Source of the DNA: Paragordius varius
Taxonomy: Eukaryota; Animalia; Nematomorpha
Length of the DNA: 64,000 nt
Assembly: GCA_964247055.1 (NCBI GenBank)
Contig: OZ176052.1
Location: 11,594,001 to 11,658,000, forward strand
Direction of reading: 5' to 3'
Program-made: the position numbers and the translations under genes
Shown: positions 41,781 to 53,248 of the stretch, in pieces
Numbering within the stretch: the stretch's first letter is position 1
Layout of the letters: each line of letters starts with the position of its first letter
The notes under the pieces: generated by a model
Told to the model about the DNA's origin: nothing
Databases searched by the model: none
Seen by the model: only the letters and a program-made list of their open reading frames with translations

Positions 41781-42308
41781 CTAGAAATGCATATATACAT
41801 ATTAACAAAATAAACAGTTTTAAATGTGAAATAGCATACTTGTCATAATCTTAATATTCTGTTTATATTTATATTGGATGATAAGATTTGGGGTAATCAC
41901 ATCTCGTAAGCAAATTATTTGAAATAAGTCTTGGAATTTTAAAAGTTAAAATAAAAAATGCAACATTTATAAAGAAAATTTATAACTACTAATACAACAG
42001 GCAATCAAGCTTTAATGGATATTTCTTATTTTTTTCCATTTCTCTTTCTTATGCATAGAATGAGATTATAAAAGGTAAAAGGAATACCTGATTTTATAAT
42101 ATATACATTACTACATTAAAAGGTTCTGTTCTTTACTAAACACTAAAAAATAATAATTTATAAATGGATAAATAAAATAAGTATGTCACAAAGTTCAATA
42201 AATTATTATTTTTATATCCATTATTGATTACAATGTGAGTTTTTGATTAAATAAATGAGGTCCATATTAAACACTATATATATACATACACAGGTACCGT
42301 ACTTTTTA

Positions 42309-42618
42309 TAGGGTTTTCCAAAATGAGGCCCTTTAAAAAATTTTGTGCGGCCCAAGAATTTGGAAAATTACCAAATAAATATAAATTCCCTAATTGACAA
42401 AAATTTGCTACTTATAAAATAATTTTAATAAAATTGACATTTTTAAACATTTTTTGAATAAGTCATCAAAAATTTTGGAAACGAACTACATAACCTATTG
42501 AAACAAAATTTTATTTTGTGGTCCCATTTTTTACAGTTTTATGTTTGAATCTGGTAAATTTAAAGATTCCCATATACTATTTGAACGAAGCTCGCAACAT
42601 TTGTGTTTAGCACTCCTG
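42309..42618 (+). mobile_element. hAT-like non-autonomous element, diverged near-full-length copy
   Basis: 5' TAGGGTTTTCCAAAATGAGGCCC and 3' TTGTGTTTAGCACTCCTG resemble CAGGGGTGTCCAA...TTGGACACCCCTG termini. No intact 8-bp TSD. Confidence 0.55.
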
Positions 42619-43654
42619 TTTATATATTGGTGCTTTTTTATAAAATACATTTTGTGTCAATAAGAAAAATCATTAATGTTATTTTAATTATGTCTAGACA
42701 TATGGAGTTAGCCTTCCACACCAAACATATATAATCGTGCAATTGAAAACTAACAATTTTTATCATTGAGAAACAACACCATGCGTATAATTGGAATAAA
42801 GGCCGATCAAAAAAGACCCTCTTGCCCCTTAAACTAGTTAGGTTGGACAAAATCTCTTGTTTTCCCAGTTACAATGCTAATATCCCACTAAACCACCCTC
42901 AACACTTGTAAATTTTATTTTGATTCTCCAAAGCTTATCTGTAATTCTGTGTGAATATTTAAACTGGTAAGTTTTGTAACCATTTTTTGAAAAAAAAACA
43001 TACAAAATTCCTGCAAAATAATAAAATAAACATATATTTTTGGCGTAATAGTTTAGAGTTACGGGTTTGGGATTTGGTATTTATTCTCGAAATTAATCGA
43101 AAGGGTATAATTTTTAACAGTCATTTTGTTATATAGCTAAATAAATATTAAGTTATAAACTGTATTTAATATAGATAAATACTAAAAAAATTTATATTCA
43201 GCTTTTTACCATTCCACTTTTTTGCTTGTCCTACGGGTATTATATTAATTTGAAGACATGTTTGAAAAAGGGTCAAGATATGTATTCTATAGTTTTTAGG
43301 TATTAATAACGTTTTTAAATTAATTGGTAAAAATCTATTTATTATCATCAAAATATTTTTATGTTTTTTGAATTATAGCAAATAAAAATTAATTAAAAAA
43401 ATAAAATTGATCAACAGTCGTCTCGCCTTTTTGATTTAATCCCTCTTTTTACCCGCTCCCCCCGTAAAATGCCATTTTAAAAAAACAAAATTTTTTATAT
43501 TTATTTTACCGCCATTTGTACAAAATATTACTATGAATGCACCGTTTTAAAATTCCTAAATTATATCTATTAAATAACGTTTTGAAATAATCCACATATG
43601 TGGTTATTTTATTGTCCCTTATTTTAAATGGCCCCCCTCCCCCCTTCCCCTCCA

Positions 43655-43705
43655 GAAGTCCAAAGGACTTCCTCGGGCTGCGTAACAGTCCGAGATTTAC
43701 GCTAG
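43655..43705 (+). mobile_element. Helitron-like 3' terminus
   Basis: Hairpin GAAGTCC-AAA-GGACTTC, then hairpin CTCGGGCTG-CGTAA-CAGTCCGAG, a 7-nt spacer, then CTAG followed by T. The 5' end was not identified. Confidence 0.55.
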
Positions 43706-43909
43706 TATCTAAATAAAAGTTTAAAAAAATTACATATTAAATTACTTCGATGGTATATTTACAACATTTTTGCCAAATATCGTGTTTAGTTAAATTAAAA
43801 GCTAAATTAGCTAATTTTCCATTTTAATCGCATATAACATTGATATAAACAGAAGTGGTTTATTTTGTATTTTTTTAAATTTAGTTCATGCACACGTGTC
43901 ATGGATTAA

Positions 43910-44623
43910 CACTTCGATGGGGTGTCTAAATACCCCAGACTAAAATTAAGCTAAGATTAATAAAAATTACTGAAGAAACGGTCCCTATTTAAATTTATGC
44001 TTCTATCCCAATAAAAATTATATTATGCCAAAACATCTAAAAAAAATTTGTTTTGAAAAAAGTTCCATGTCAAACTACTTCGACCCCATTTTTATTTTAC
44101 AAAATTTTTGCCAAATATCGTCTTCATATAATTTTAAGGGTTAAAGCAAATTTTTAATTTAAATTACATCTAACATTGATCGATATAAAAAAAGCGGTTT
44201 TTGTAGTTTTTTTCAATTTTACTATTGCACACATGTCAGGTTGACTAAATTTTCACCTTTCAGTTTTAGCATAAAATAAGTTAATGTATTTTTGAATAAA
44301 ATTTTTATGTATTTCGGTTTATTAATGTTATATAAGTGCAAAATTTTGCCATGGTTTTAATTCCTTCCATGTTTTTTAAAGAATTTAATAAAATGAATGT
44401 GTTGTATCCAATTGTTAAATTTTTACCCTTGGGTTTTGTCTTAAAATATATCAAGTATTTTTAAATGATTTTTTTATTTTGCTTTTTTGTGGTACATAAG
44501 TCCAAATTTCTGCCTTGGTTTTAATTCCTGCCATATTTTTAAAATATTAATTTAAACAGGCCTGGGGTATCCAAAGACCCCAAATTGAATTGACGGACTG
44601 AAATGAAGGTGTTGCATTAAGTG
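43910..44623. mobile_element. Family C TIR element, inverted longer copy with internal duplications; an adjacent partial copy at ~43735-43905
   Basis: TTAA|CACTTCGATGGGG ... GCATTAAGTG|ATAA. Reverse-complement homology to 12517-12985 (for example CAAAATTTTGCCATGGTTTT and ACAGGCCTGGGGTA). Confidence 0.7.
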
Positions 44624-44933
44624 ATAATATCGATTTATTTCGATCGTCTTATCTGAAATCGAAAATCTAGAAATTAAAAATCTAAATTTTTTATATAAAA
44701 TTAGAGAGTGTTTATTAATTAAATTTTAACCAAAGCAAAAAAACAGTAATTTGTTAACTTTGAACTCTTGGAAAACTTCCTCGAAAACTCATCTATACAA
44801 CAGAAAATGTAATGAAGTGTCAAAATATATAATTTTGAAGTTTGGAGATATATAAAAATTTTTAATCAAACAAAACCATTATTTTGTTCTCAACCCATAT
44901 TTTCATTGATGTTTTATAACACACCGTTTTCAC

Positions 44934-45791
44934 ATGTTTAATTGGCATGTTTTTCAAAATTCTCACGATAAGTTACCAATTTATCTTTGTGACTCTTATT
45001 TGACCATATACCTGACCGATTTTTTTAATATTTATATCTGTAAATTTGATTCAAATGATTTTGAAAAATTTAAAGTAACTAATACAATTAGTATAGGGCA
45101 CATCTTATCACCACATGAACTTGAGTTATGACAAGGGTTTAACATTATCATTTAAGAACGTTACAGTTGAATTAAAAAAAGGGGATAGTAGTCAAGTATA
45201 TATTATTAATATAAAGCTTGCTTTTTTCTTCTACGTACCCATTGTGATTACCCTGTTTGAGTCCATAAAAATTTATAAATATGTTGACACACCAGAGCTG
45301 CGTGATCAAATAAATGTCTCTCCAAAAAGTTTATATAACATTATTGTAAGAACATAAAAATAATGAAAACAGTATTGAATACATGTTTCATCAAACCATT
45401 AAACGAATTAACGAGGGCACATTAATTCAACACACAACAACTTCTCATGTTTCCCAAAAACAAGATATTGTAATTAAGGATCAAAAATATTTTATTGCCA
45501 AAAAGAACCGAACTGGAGTTACTTATGATGATGATTCTGGCCAAGAAGATAATGCAAACTCTGTCGATATTTTAAATCCATATCAAATTTTGATTAATTT
45601 AATTAAAAATGCTTTTAATTTATATAATGATAGTATTGAAAAAAATCAGTCTATTCCATTACCCACCCATGTCAAAAACGTTTTAAAGTACTTCAAAGAT
45701 TTTTAATAGTTATAGGAGTGTTTTGGAGAATGTCTCCAAAATATCAAATTTAACGGATTTGTTAGAATACTCACCCTTGGAATCCTTACGG
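44934..45791 (+). CDS. 5' part of an unidentified gene assembled through three very short introns (22, 22, 28 nt)
   Basis: Exons 44934-45074, 45097-45328, 45351-45687 and 45716-45791 give a continuous ~262-codon frame that joins three adjacent ORFs in different frames. Alternative explanation: a frameshifted remnant. Confidence 0.45.
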
Positions 45792-47012
45792 GTTTTGTTT
45801 ATTTTAACATATTTTAATTCATATTCATTTCTATATATAATGAAAACGATAAGTATTCACAATTGACAAACTTAAATTATAAAGAGAAATTTACACCTTG
45901 CAAAAAAGTTTTTCAAATATCATTAAAATAATTATATATTTCACCCACTCAAGCTGTGCTCAGCGCGATAAGTGCGGAATAATCTAAATTACTTATTAAT
46001 TTATATATAAAAAAATATTTTTTAAAGATTTGATGAAAAATTATGAAAAAAATACGCTTGACAATTGTAATTATATTTTATAGATAAAATACTTTACTTA
46101 CTTATTACCTATATATTCTATTAGGATTGAAAAGGAGATTACTTTTATTATTATAATTTAACCAGACCAACAAATTTTATTAATAAAAAGTTTAAATTTG
46201 AAGAATAGAAATAAGCTGTTTCGAAAACGTTTCATACGAGTGAATGGATAATATTGTGGGTTCTTTGCAAATTATTTCTGCATAGGTGTTGAAATAATAT
46301 TAATCTAAAACTTTTTGTGTTCATTGAATTGGAAAATGTATCATCTAATATAAAATTTCAAAATTATGCCAAAATAATTTAAAATATTGTCAAGGTTTCA
46401 TGATTTTTAGATACGGTTACTAAGAAACGAATGTTTGGTTTTAAGTTACTTTTTATAGAAAGCCATGGATATTAATGAGACATACTTCACAAATAATGTT
46501 TAATATGGACTTCAATCTTGGAGGCAATTATTTTTTCTTTCTCCAAATCCACCTGAAAATGTTTTTATTTTCTGTCTGATGATATTTCCCCCTTTTGAAA
46601 TTTTATCCTTGTTGGCGATAAATTATTGTAAATAATAGATCAGTTGTGGTTATTTTGTGTTATTACCCCCTGAAATGATGAATTAACAGATTAAAATATA
46701 TGTAATACCATATTCCAAATAATGACACAATTTAAATCTTACCATATTTCATAATTATATCATGACTAAAAAAAATGTTAAATATTTGTGTTTTCATACA
46801 AGAGAAATAGAATATCGATAAAATATAAAAACTAAAACATTCAATCCACAATTACTAACTGAACAGTTATGGTTTGAATTTTTTGTCGCTATAAATCCAT
46901 TTTATGCAAGTTTTTTAAACTTTATATTCCATTTTTTAAAAACAACTTTTTATTTCAAACGAAAAGCATTACTAAACACCATAAATTTATTGTGTGTGTG
47001 TTTCGGGCATAG

Positions 47013-47375
47013 ATTGAGTACGAAAAAAGCATATCTGCCGCCACCACCACAGTACTTAAACGTCCAAAATCCAGAGTCGAAACTCCCATTTCTCCCCGCT
47101 TACCAAGGAGTCCTAAGAGGGTTAAAACCCGACGATCTCCAGCTAAAACGGTTCAGGATTCTCTTGAAGAATTCGAACCAGAGCAGGGAGAAGAATTAGA
47201 CATTGATGAAGGCTATGAAATGACAGCAAAAGAAAAACGCGAATCGGAAAAGCTATTGGCGCAAAGGCAAGAAATGTTGGCAAAACTCCTGGAAATCGAT
47301 GAACGTCGTCATAAATTGAAGGAAGCCATCAAAGCTAAACAACGATCGCAGCAAGGCAAAGTGTTTTCACTTTGA
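47013..47375 (+). CDS. Terminal coding exon missed by the ORF track: basic SP-rich segment, acidic patch, coiled coil
   Basis: After the GGCATAG acceptor: IEYEKSISAATTTVLKRPKSRVETPISPRLPRSPKRVKTRRSPAKTVQDSLEEFEPEQGEELDIDEGYEMTAKEKRESEKLLAQRQEMLAKLLEIDERRHKLKEAIKAKQRSQQGKVFSL-stop. GC-enriched and protein-like. Linkage to 44934-45791 is unproven. Confidence 0.7.
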   Translation: MEYEKSISAATTTVLKRPKSRVETPISPRLPRSPKRVKTRRSPAKTVQDSLEEFEPEQGEELDIDEGYEMTAKEKRESEKLLAQRQEMLAKLLEIDERRHKLKEAIKAKQRSQQGKVFSL

Positions 47376-47446
47376 ATTATAAATATATTACCGCATCATA
47401 TTTGGATTGCAATAATATATTAGTGAATATAATTAGTTAATATATA

Positions 47447-47711
47447 CCATTTTCAGTACAAATTTATTCTTCAACAATTAAAATTTACCCTCGAACAATT
47501 CAAATTCATCCTAAAATAAATTATGTGGTCTTTAAAATTAAAAATTAGCTATATTATTTTATATTTTTATGAAATGAAATTGAAATTTTGTTTAAAATTT
47601 ATATAATACTGAAAAAATAATAAATTATCCCATAAGTATATTTTATATTAATGATGAGTTATATTAGCCCGAAATCACATAATCTCTTTTTAGGGTGAAT
47701 TTGAATTGTAA
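47447..47711. mobile_element. Degenerate subtype A foldback MITE, inverted relative to 20299-20723, right end eroded
   Basis: TATA|CCATTTTCAGTACAAATTT start and remnants of the GGGTGAATTTGAATTG unit. The spacer's reverse complement aligns with the 20400-20580 spacer (for example TTTATTATTTTTTCAGTATTAT). Confidence 0.8.
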
Positions 47712-47719
47712 TATATATA

Positions 47720-49245
47720 CCATTTTTCATGCAAAAACATCATTTTTTCAAGCAAACGCACCATTTTTTCAAGCAAACGCAACATTTTTTCAAGCAAAGG
47801 CAACAATTTTTCAAGCAAATGCAACATTTTTTCAACCAAAGACAACATTTTTTCAAGCAAACGCAACATTTTTTCAAGCAAACGCAACATTTTTTCATCC
47901 AAACGCAACATTTTTTCATCCAAACGCAACATTTTTTCAACCAAAGACAACATTTTTTCAAGCAAAAACAACACTTTTTTATAATATTACAAAGAATTAT
48001 TATTTATTGTTAATTATAAATTATTTATTAAATTTTAAGTAAATGTAAATTATTTTTAGCGTTGAATTATGATTTTTATCGTTTTATCATCAATATTTGA
48101 TGGTAAAATTGATTTTCAAATATTTTGAATTCATAAATTGCCTTATTTATTTATATTAATTATATTTTTCTTTTACAATTTTGGTTTCGCCTAATCAAAT
48201 TATTTAATTTGCACTTCAAGAGTGTCTTTGAAAGTTTAAAGTTGTCCTTCACTTCAAGTTGGTCCTTTGACTTTTTTGTTTTGTTTTTAACTTTTATCAA
48301 TTAAATCGAAAATAATTTATCTATTTTATTGTTTTTAACCTATTTTCTATTATTTAACATAATTTTTAATCGATATCATCTTTTAATCCTTGAGAAACCG
48401 TATATTAATTTCTTAAAATAATTTTAGATATTTATAACACGAAAAAAAATATATGAGTTTTCTGGGTTATTAAAAAATTTTCATTAAAAACATTAAAAGT
48501 TAATAATTTTGTTCAATTAAAAAAATATTTTGAAACAAAAAAGTGGTTTTAAAAATTTTTATTTTTAAATGGATAAATATATAATAAATAAAGAAAATTA
48601 GGTTAATAAATAATAATATATATTAAAAAATAAATGCAAAAATTAGGGTAAAACAAAATTTATATATTTTAAGGACCAACTTAAAGAGTTCAAGGACCAA
48701 CTGGAAATGTTCAAGGACCAACTTGAAGTGTTCAAGGACACTGTTGAAGTGCAAATTAAATAATTTGATTAGGCGAAACCAAAATTGTAAAAGAAAAATA
48801 TAATTAATATAAATAAATAAGGCAATTTATGGGCAAATTCAAAATATTTGAAAATCAATTTTACCATCAAATATTGATGATAAAACGATAAAAATCATAA
48901 TTCAACGCTAAAAATAAATTACATTTACTTAAAATTTAATAAATAATTTATAATTAACAATAAATAATAATTCTTTGTAATATTATAAAAAAGTGTTGTT
49001 TTTGCTTGAAAAAATGTTGTCTTTGGTTGAAAAAATGTTGCGTTTGGATGAAAAAATGTTGCGTTTGTTTGAAAAAATGTTGCGTTTGCTTGAAAAAATG
49101 TTGCGTTTGCTTGAAAAAATGTTGTCTTTGCTTGAAAAAATGTTGCATTTGCTTGAAAAATTGTTGCCTTTGCTTGAAAAAATGTTGCGTTTGCTTGAAA
49201 AAATGGTGCGTTTGCTTGAAAAAATGATGTTTTTGCATGAAAAAT

Positions 49246-49247
<2 letters not shown>
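47720..49247. mobile_element. 1528-bp foldback element (CCATTT family, subtype B): ~550-bp near-identical inverted arms, two kinds of 21-bp arrays, ~400-bp spacer, no transposase
   Basis: TATA|CCATTTTTCATGCAAAAAC ... GTTTTTGCATGAAAAATGG|TATA. Twelve outer units (AAAAAATGTTGCGTTTGCTTG) per arm; inner units CAAGGACCAACTTGAAGTGTT at ~48670-48750 with degenerate mirror copies at ~48210-48270. Confidence 0.92.

Positions 49248-49339
<92 letters not shown>
49248..49339. repeat. (TA)46 microsatellite directly abutting the foldback's right end
   Basis: 92-nt perfect run. Confidence 0.95.
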
Positions 49340-49340
<1 letters not shown>

Positions 49341-51148
49341 CTTGTCAATGCAAATTAATAAATTATTAATTATCGAATGGCAAAAGTTTTAATATGATGT
49401 TGCTTTAGGTTTATTTTTATTTTATGATATTTTCCGTTTAGACTTTTAAAGCAATATGCATCCCTAATCTAATTAACATAGTAGTTTTGCATCCCAGGCC
49501 GATTTTAAATTTGAATGTATTAAAATGTAATTTGGGGCAAATTGAATATTTGCATACTTGAGCATTTTAGGTGCCTGATTCGAAAAGAAATAAAATTAAA
49601 AAATTCTCAACTCAAACTTCTCCGATTTTTATTGGCTTTTAGAAATAATACAACATTAAATGTATATTATCGTTAAATATTATATTGAGGTTTTCAAATT
49701 ACATGTTATTAATTTTAATATCATCTATTCGTCTAAATCGGGTTTTGTAATACAATTTAGGACTTTAGTTAATAAATTGCAAAAAATTGAACTTCTATTT
49801 TAACCCACTAAACATTAAAACAGTAATGATTTAATAGTTAAACTCTGCGATAAACTACCCAATATCGACTGCATAAAAAGGTAATATAATGCGATATGTA
49901 AATTAACATATTAAAATTAAATGTCATCAAATAAATCTATATAATGAAATTAAAACAAATATCATTAAAAGAATTAACAAGATAAATTTCTATATATTAA
50001 CAAATTATCAAGTTTTTTAAATTTTTCACGCTTAAACAAGCTTCCCGGTTGCATTATACATAAATTTTTTGTTTCGCTAATATATAAGTAACGATCACTA
50101 TTATAGGCCAATTTATATTTTGAAAAAAGCTAAAGGTGATATACATATCAGTAGTTTATTAGCTACATTTTTGAAAGTTGCGGAGAAAGAAATTAAAAAC
50201 TAATATAAAATAAATAATTCATATATGGCCAGATATGAATATTAACTACCTTTATACAGTAGCGTATGGAGCAAAACAATATTAGTCCATAAAAGAATAA
50301 AAAAATGTAAAATACAGATAATAGTTCTCCTTTGTTTATTAAATTATATGAACACCAACCTATCAATTAGATAGGGGAAAGGGAGGAAGATACATTTATT
50401 GACTGATACTTTACTATATTTATGTGGTTTGGTTAATACAAACAACATATTTGTGTTTTCAAAGGTGTTTTAACCAATTTGGCAAATGGATAAAACAATA
50501 TTATTATTTTTTTTGAAATTCTAAAGGTATAGTTTCTATGAATGGGCTCTAGCGGTATTCTGTAAAAAATAATTTGTAAATTATTGGTCTGAATATTTAT
50601 AATTAATTTAAAGATTCAAGGAGGTAAAGCCATATAAATGAAAAACAGTGACGCCTAAAAAATTATTTAATTTACTCATAAAGATTTAATTTATTATAAC
50701 TTTTCAGAATTTTTAGACCAAATATTTTGATTTCAGCCTCTGTTAACATTATATTTAAAAATTTGATTGATTTTACTTTTATTTTTTTTGTTTTCAAACA
50801 TTATGAAAAGTACATCTACAGGCGCACGTGCAAATTTATCGGTATAAAAGGAGAATAAATTTCCATTCCAGATGTGCACAACCATCTTGATCGTATCGAG
50901 TAAACAGGAATGTACAATTATAAAATAAAATACATAAGGGCAGTTTGCATGCTATTAATGAATAAAATAAATATGTATGGGAGCACATAAGGAAACTTAG
51001 AAAAAAAAAGATGATTAACTCAAACTCTATCTTGTGAGAAAATCAGTTTAGAAAGTTTGCATTTTTTATTTTTATCGTATTAAACATTTCTTTAATTCTG
51101 TTTGATTGAAAATAAATATTTTTTTATTTACCCGACCAAATTAATTTT

Positions 51149-53210
51149 ATGTGGCGGGTATCGAACTGTTTACCGCTTATTTATTTTTTGGTTTTCGTAC
51201 CATTGTGTTTGACCCAATCTCAAGAATCTCAAACCGTTTATGTTGGGGATACTCAATCGGTTGAAAAATCATTGATATACGACAATAATTATCAAATCAA
51301 TGAGGACCCTAGAAATACAACACCACTAGACGGAAAATTCATCAGTGATGACACTAATAAGAATAAGAAAATTGAAAACAAAATTCCAATCCCTTCCGAC
51401 CTTGTTTTAGGAAAGTCTGTCGTGGGAGCTGTTGGAGGCGGTTTAGATCTAAGACCGCCTTACTTTAATTTAGCCGAGGGCCGTAAAGTTGAAGCAAGTG
51501 CCACGTGTGGTGTTGGTGTTCCCCTAGAGCTCTATTGCAAACTCATAGGGGCCACATCAACGGAACAATGGAAAAGACCACATCTCAACATAATCCGCGG
51601 ACAAATTTGTGATTATTGTCAAGCCGATGATCACCCAGCTAGTTATGCGGTAGATGGGACTGAACGATGGTGGCAAAGTCCCCCTCTCTCCCGTGGTCAT
51701 CAATACAATGAAGTCAATTTCACCATAGATTTGGGACAGGTAAATTATACATGTTGTTGTATCTAAGATTGTTTTATCACTTTTTTCGTAAATCAAGTAA
51801 ATAAAATATAATTATAATGGGTAGTGCAATAAAACTTGTGTTTTTACATAAGGTAAAATTTGTGAAACTGAAAAATATTATCTCCATAATTTAATATTTT
51901 ATGCGCCGATATCCAAAGACAAACCTTATAATTGAAGTAGAAGAAGCCCTAGTAAATTTACAGAAAAACCCGATGTTCTCCTAAAATACTTTTCGCATTT
52001 TATAAAATAGCTTAACAAATCCAATTATTTTTAAAAACTATTTGATAAATATTATAAAATTTCATTCGATATAAATTAATTTGTTTTTATTCTTTATTTT
52101 TCTACAATTCGATTTTTTTTCCAGATTCTCGATTTTTTTCTCTTTTGTCTTTCCCACGATGCCTAAAACCATGTCGCATCCAAATTTATTAATGGATAAT
52201 ATGTATATAAACAAAATTATAACAAAGCTCCTCAATCACTTTTTATCAACCGATTTAAAAATATAATCTGTTTTTGTTCTCGGCCAAAAAATGATTATCT
52301 ACCTTACTGGCATCTTAATGAAAATCGTTCATGGGGCCTTCTGAGACTTTGTGTGCGGCTTGCGAAATTTTTGAAATTTATAAAATATAAAAATAACAAT
52401 CATTATAAAATTGATACTCCCCAAACATTTATGTAAATAAGTAATTTCAATGGCAAGAACTAGAAAAAATTGCTAATATAGTGATTGCATTTTCCAGTAT
52501 ATGTTTAAAATATTAAATTCTTTCTGAATGCCCATATATATTTCGAATGTGGCCCGCGAAGCTATATTTGTGTTGGACACCCCTGTTCTAAACTAAACCA
52601 ATGTTATTCAATGCAACTACAATTTAGTATATAAAATACATTTCTACGTGACATGGCTTTGATGACAATATATTTCGAAAGCAAGCGGATATCGTTCATA
52701 TAGATAGGACATTATTAAAGAAAAATGCATGTGGTTTATAGACGCTGAAAGTTTATAAAGAGTTTTATTGTCGAACGCACCTGTTTTAAAATATGCTGTT
52801 TAGTGCAGGGTTTGTTATTGTAAAAATATATGCCATATTTTTTTCAATTTATAACAAATCTTTTGACAGAAAAAATAAGTTGATTATGTTTTGGTGTGCA
52901 TGAAACTTTACATTATTTGATAGGAATTTCACGTTGCATACGTGTTCATTAAAATGGCCAACTCTCCGCGTCCTGCTGTGTGGGTCCTTGAACGCTCTAA
53001 AGACCAAGGAAAAACTTGGCAACCCTGGCAATATTTTGCGGACACTGATGCAAACTGTGAAATATATTTTGGTCGTGGTGTTAAACGCCTTATCAGAGCT
53101 GATGATGATGTTATCTGTACAACCGAATTTTCTCATCTTGTCCCCCTCGAGGATGGAGAGGTATGTTACAATGAAATGTAAAACCGCAAGTACTAAATGT
53201 ATTTTTGGGG

Positions 53211-53248
<38 letters not shown>

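Noticed and set aside
41585-41800. Alternative open frame containing KVFIDLDGPV, resembling a HAD DxD motif
   Set aside because: The similarity is only a few residues and the frame stops at the exon end. The other frame has a strong CAG|GTAAAT donor in phase with downstream exons. Not fully excluded.
46990-47199. ORF-track peptide MCVCFGHRLSTKKAYLPPPP...
   Set aside because: An overlapping frame (47013-47375) is longer, follows a canonical acceptor and has protein-like composition.
47690-49348. ORF-track peptides such as (MLRLLEK)n, (QHFFKQT)n, (KKCCVCL)n and (YI)n
   Set aside because: They are translations of the 21-bp arrays and the (TA)n tract, mirrored on both strands by the palindrome. 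There is no splice or start context suggesting real genes.
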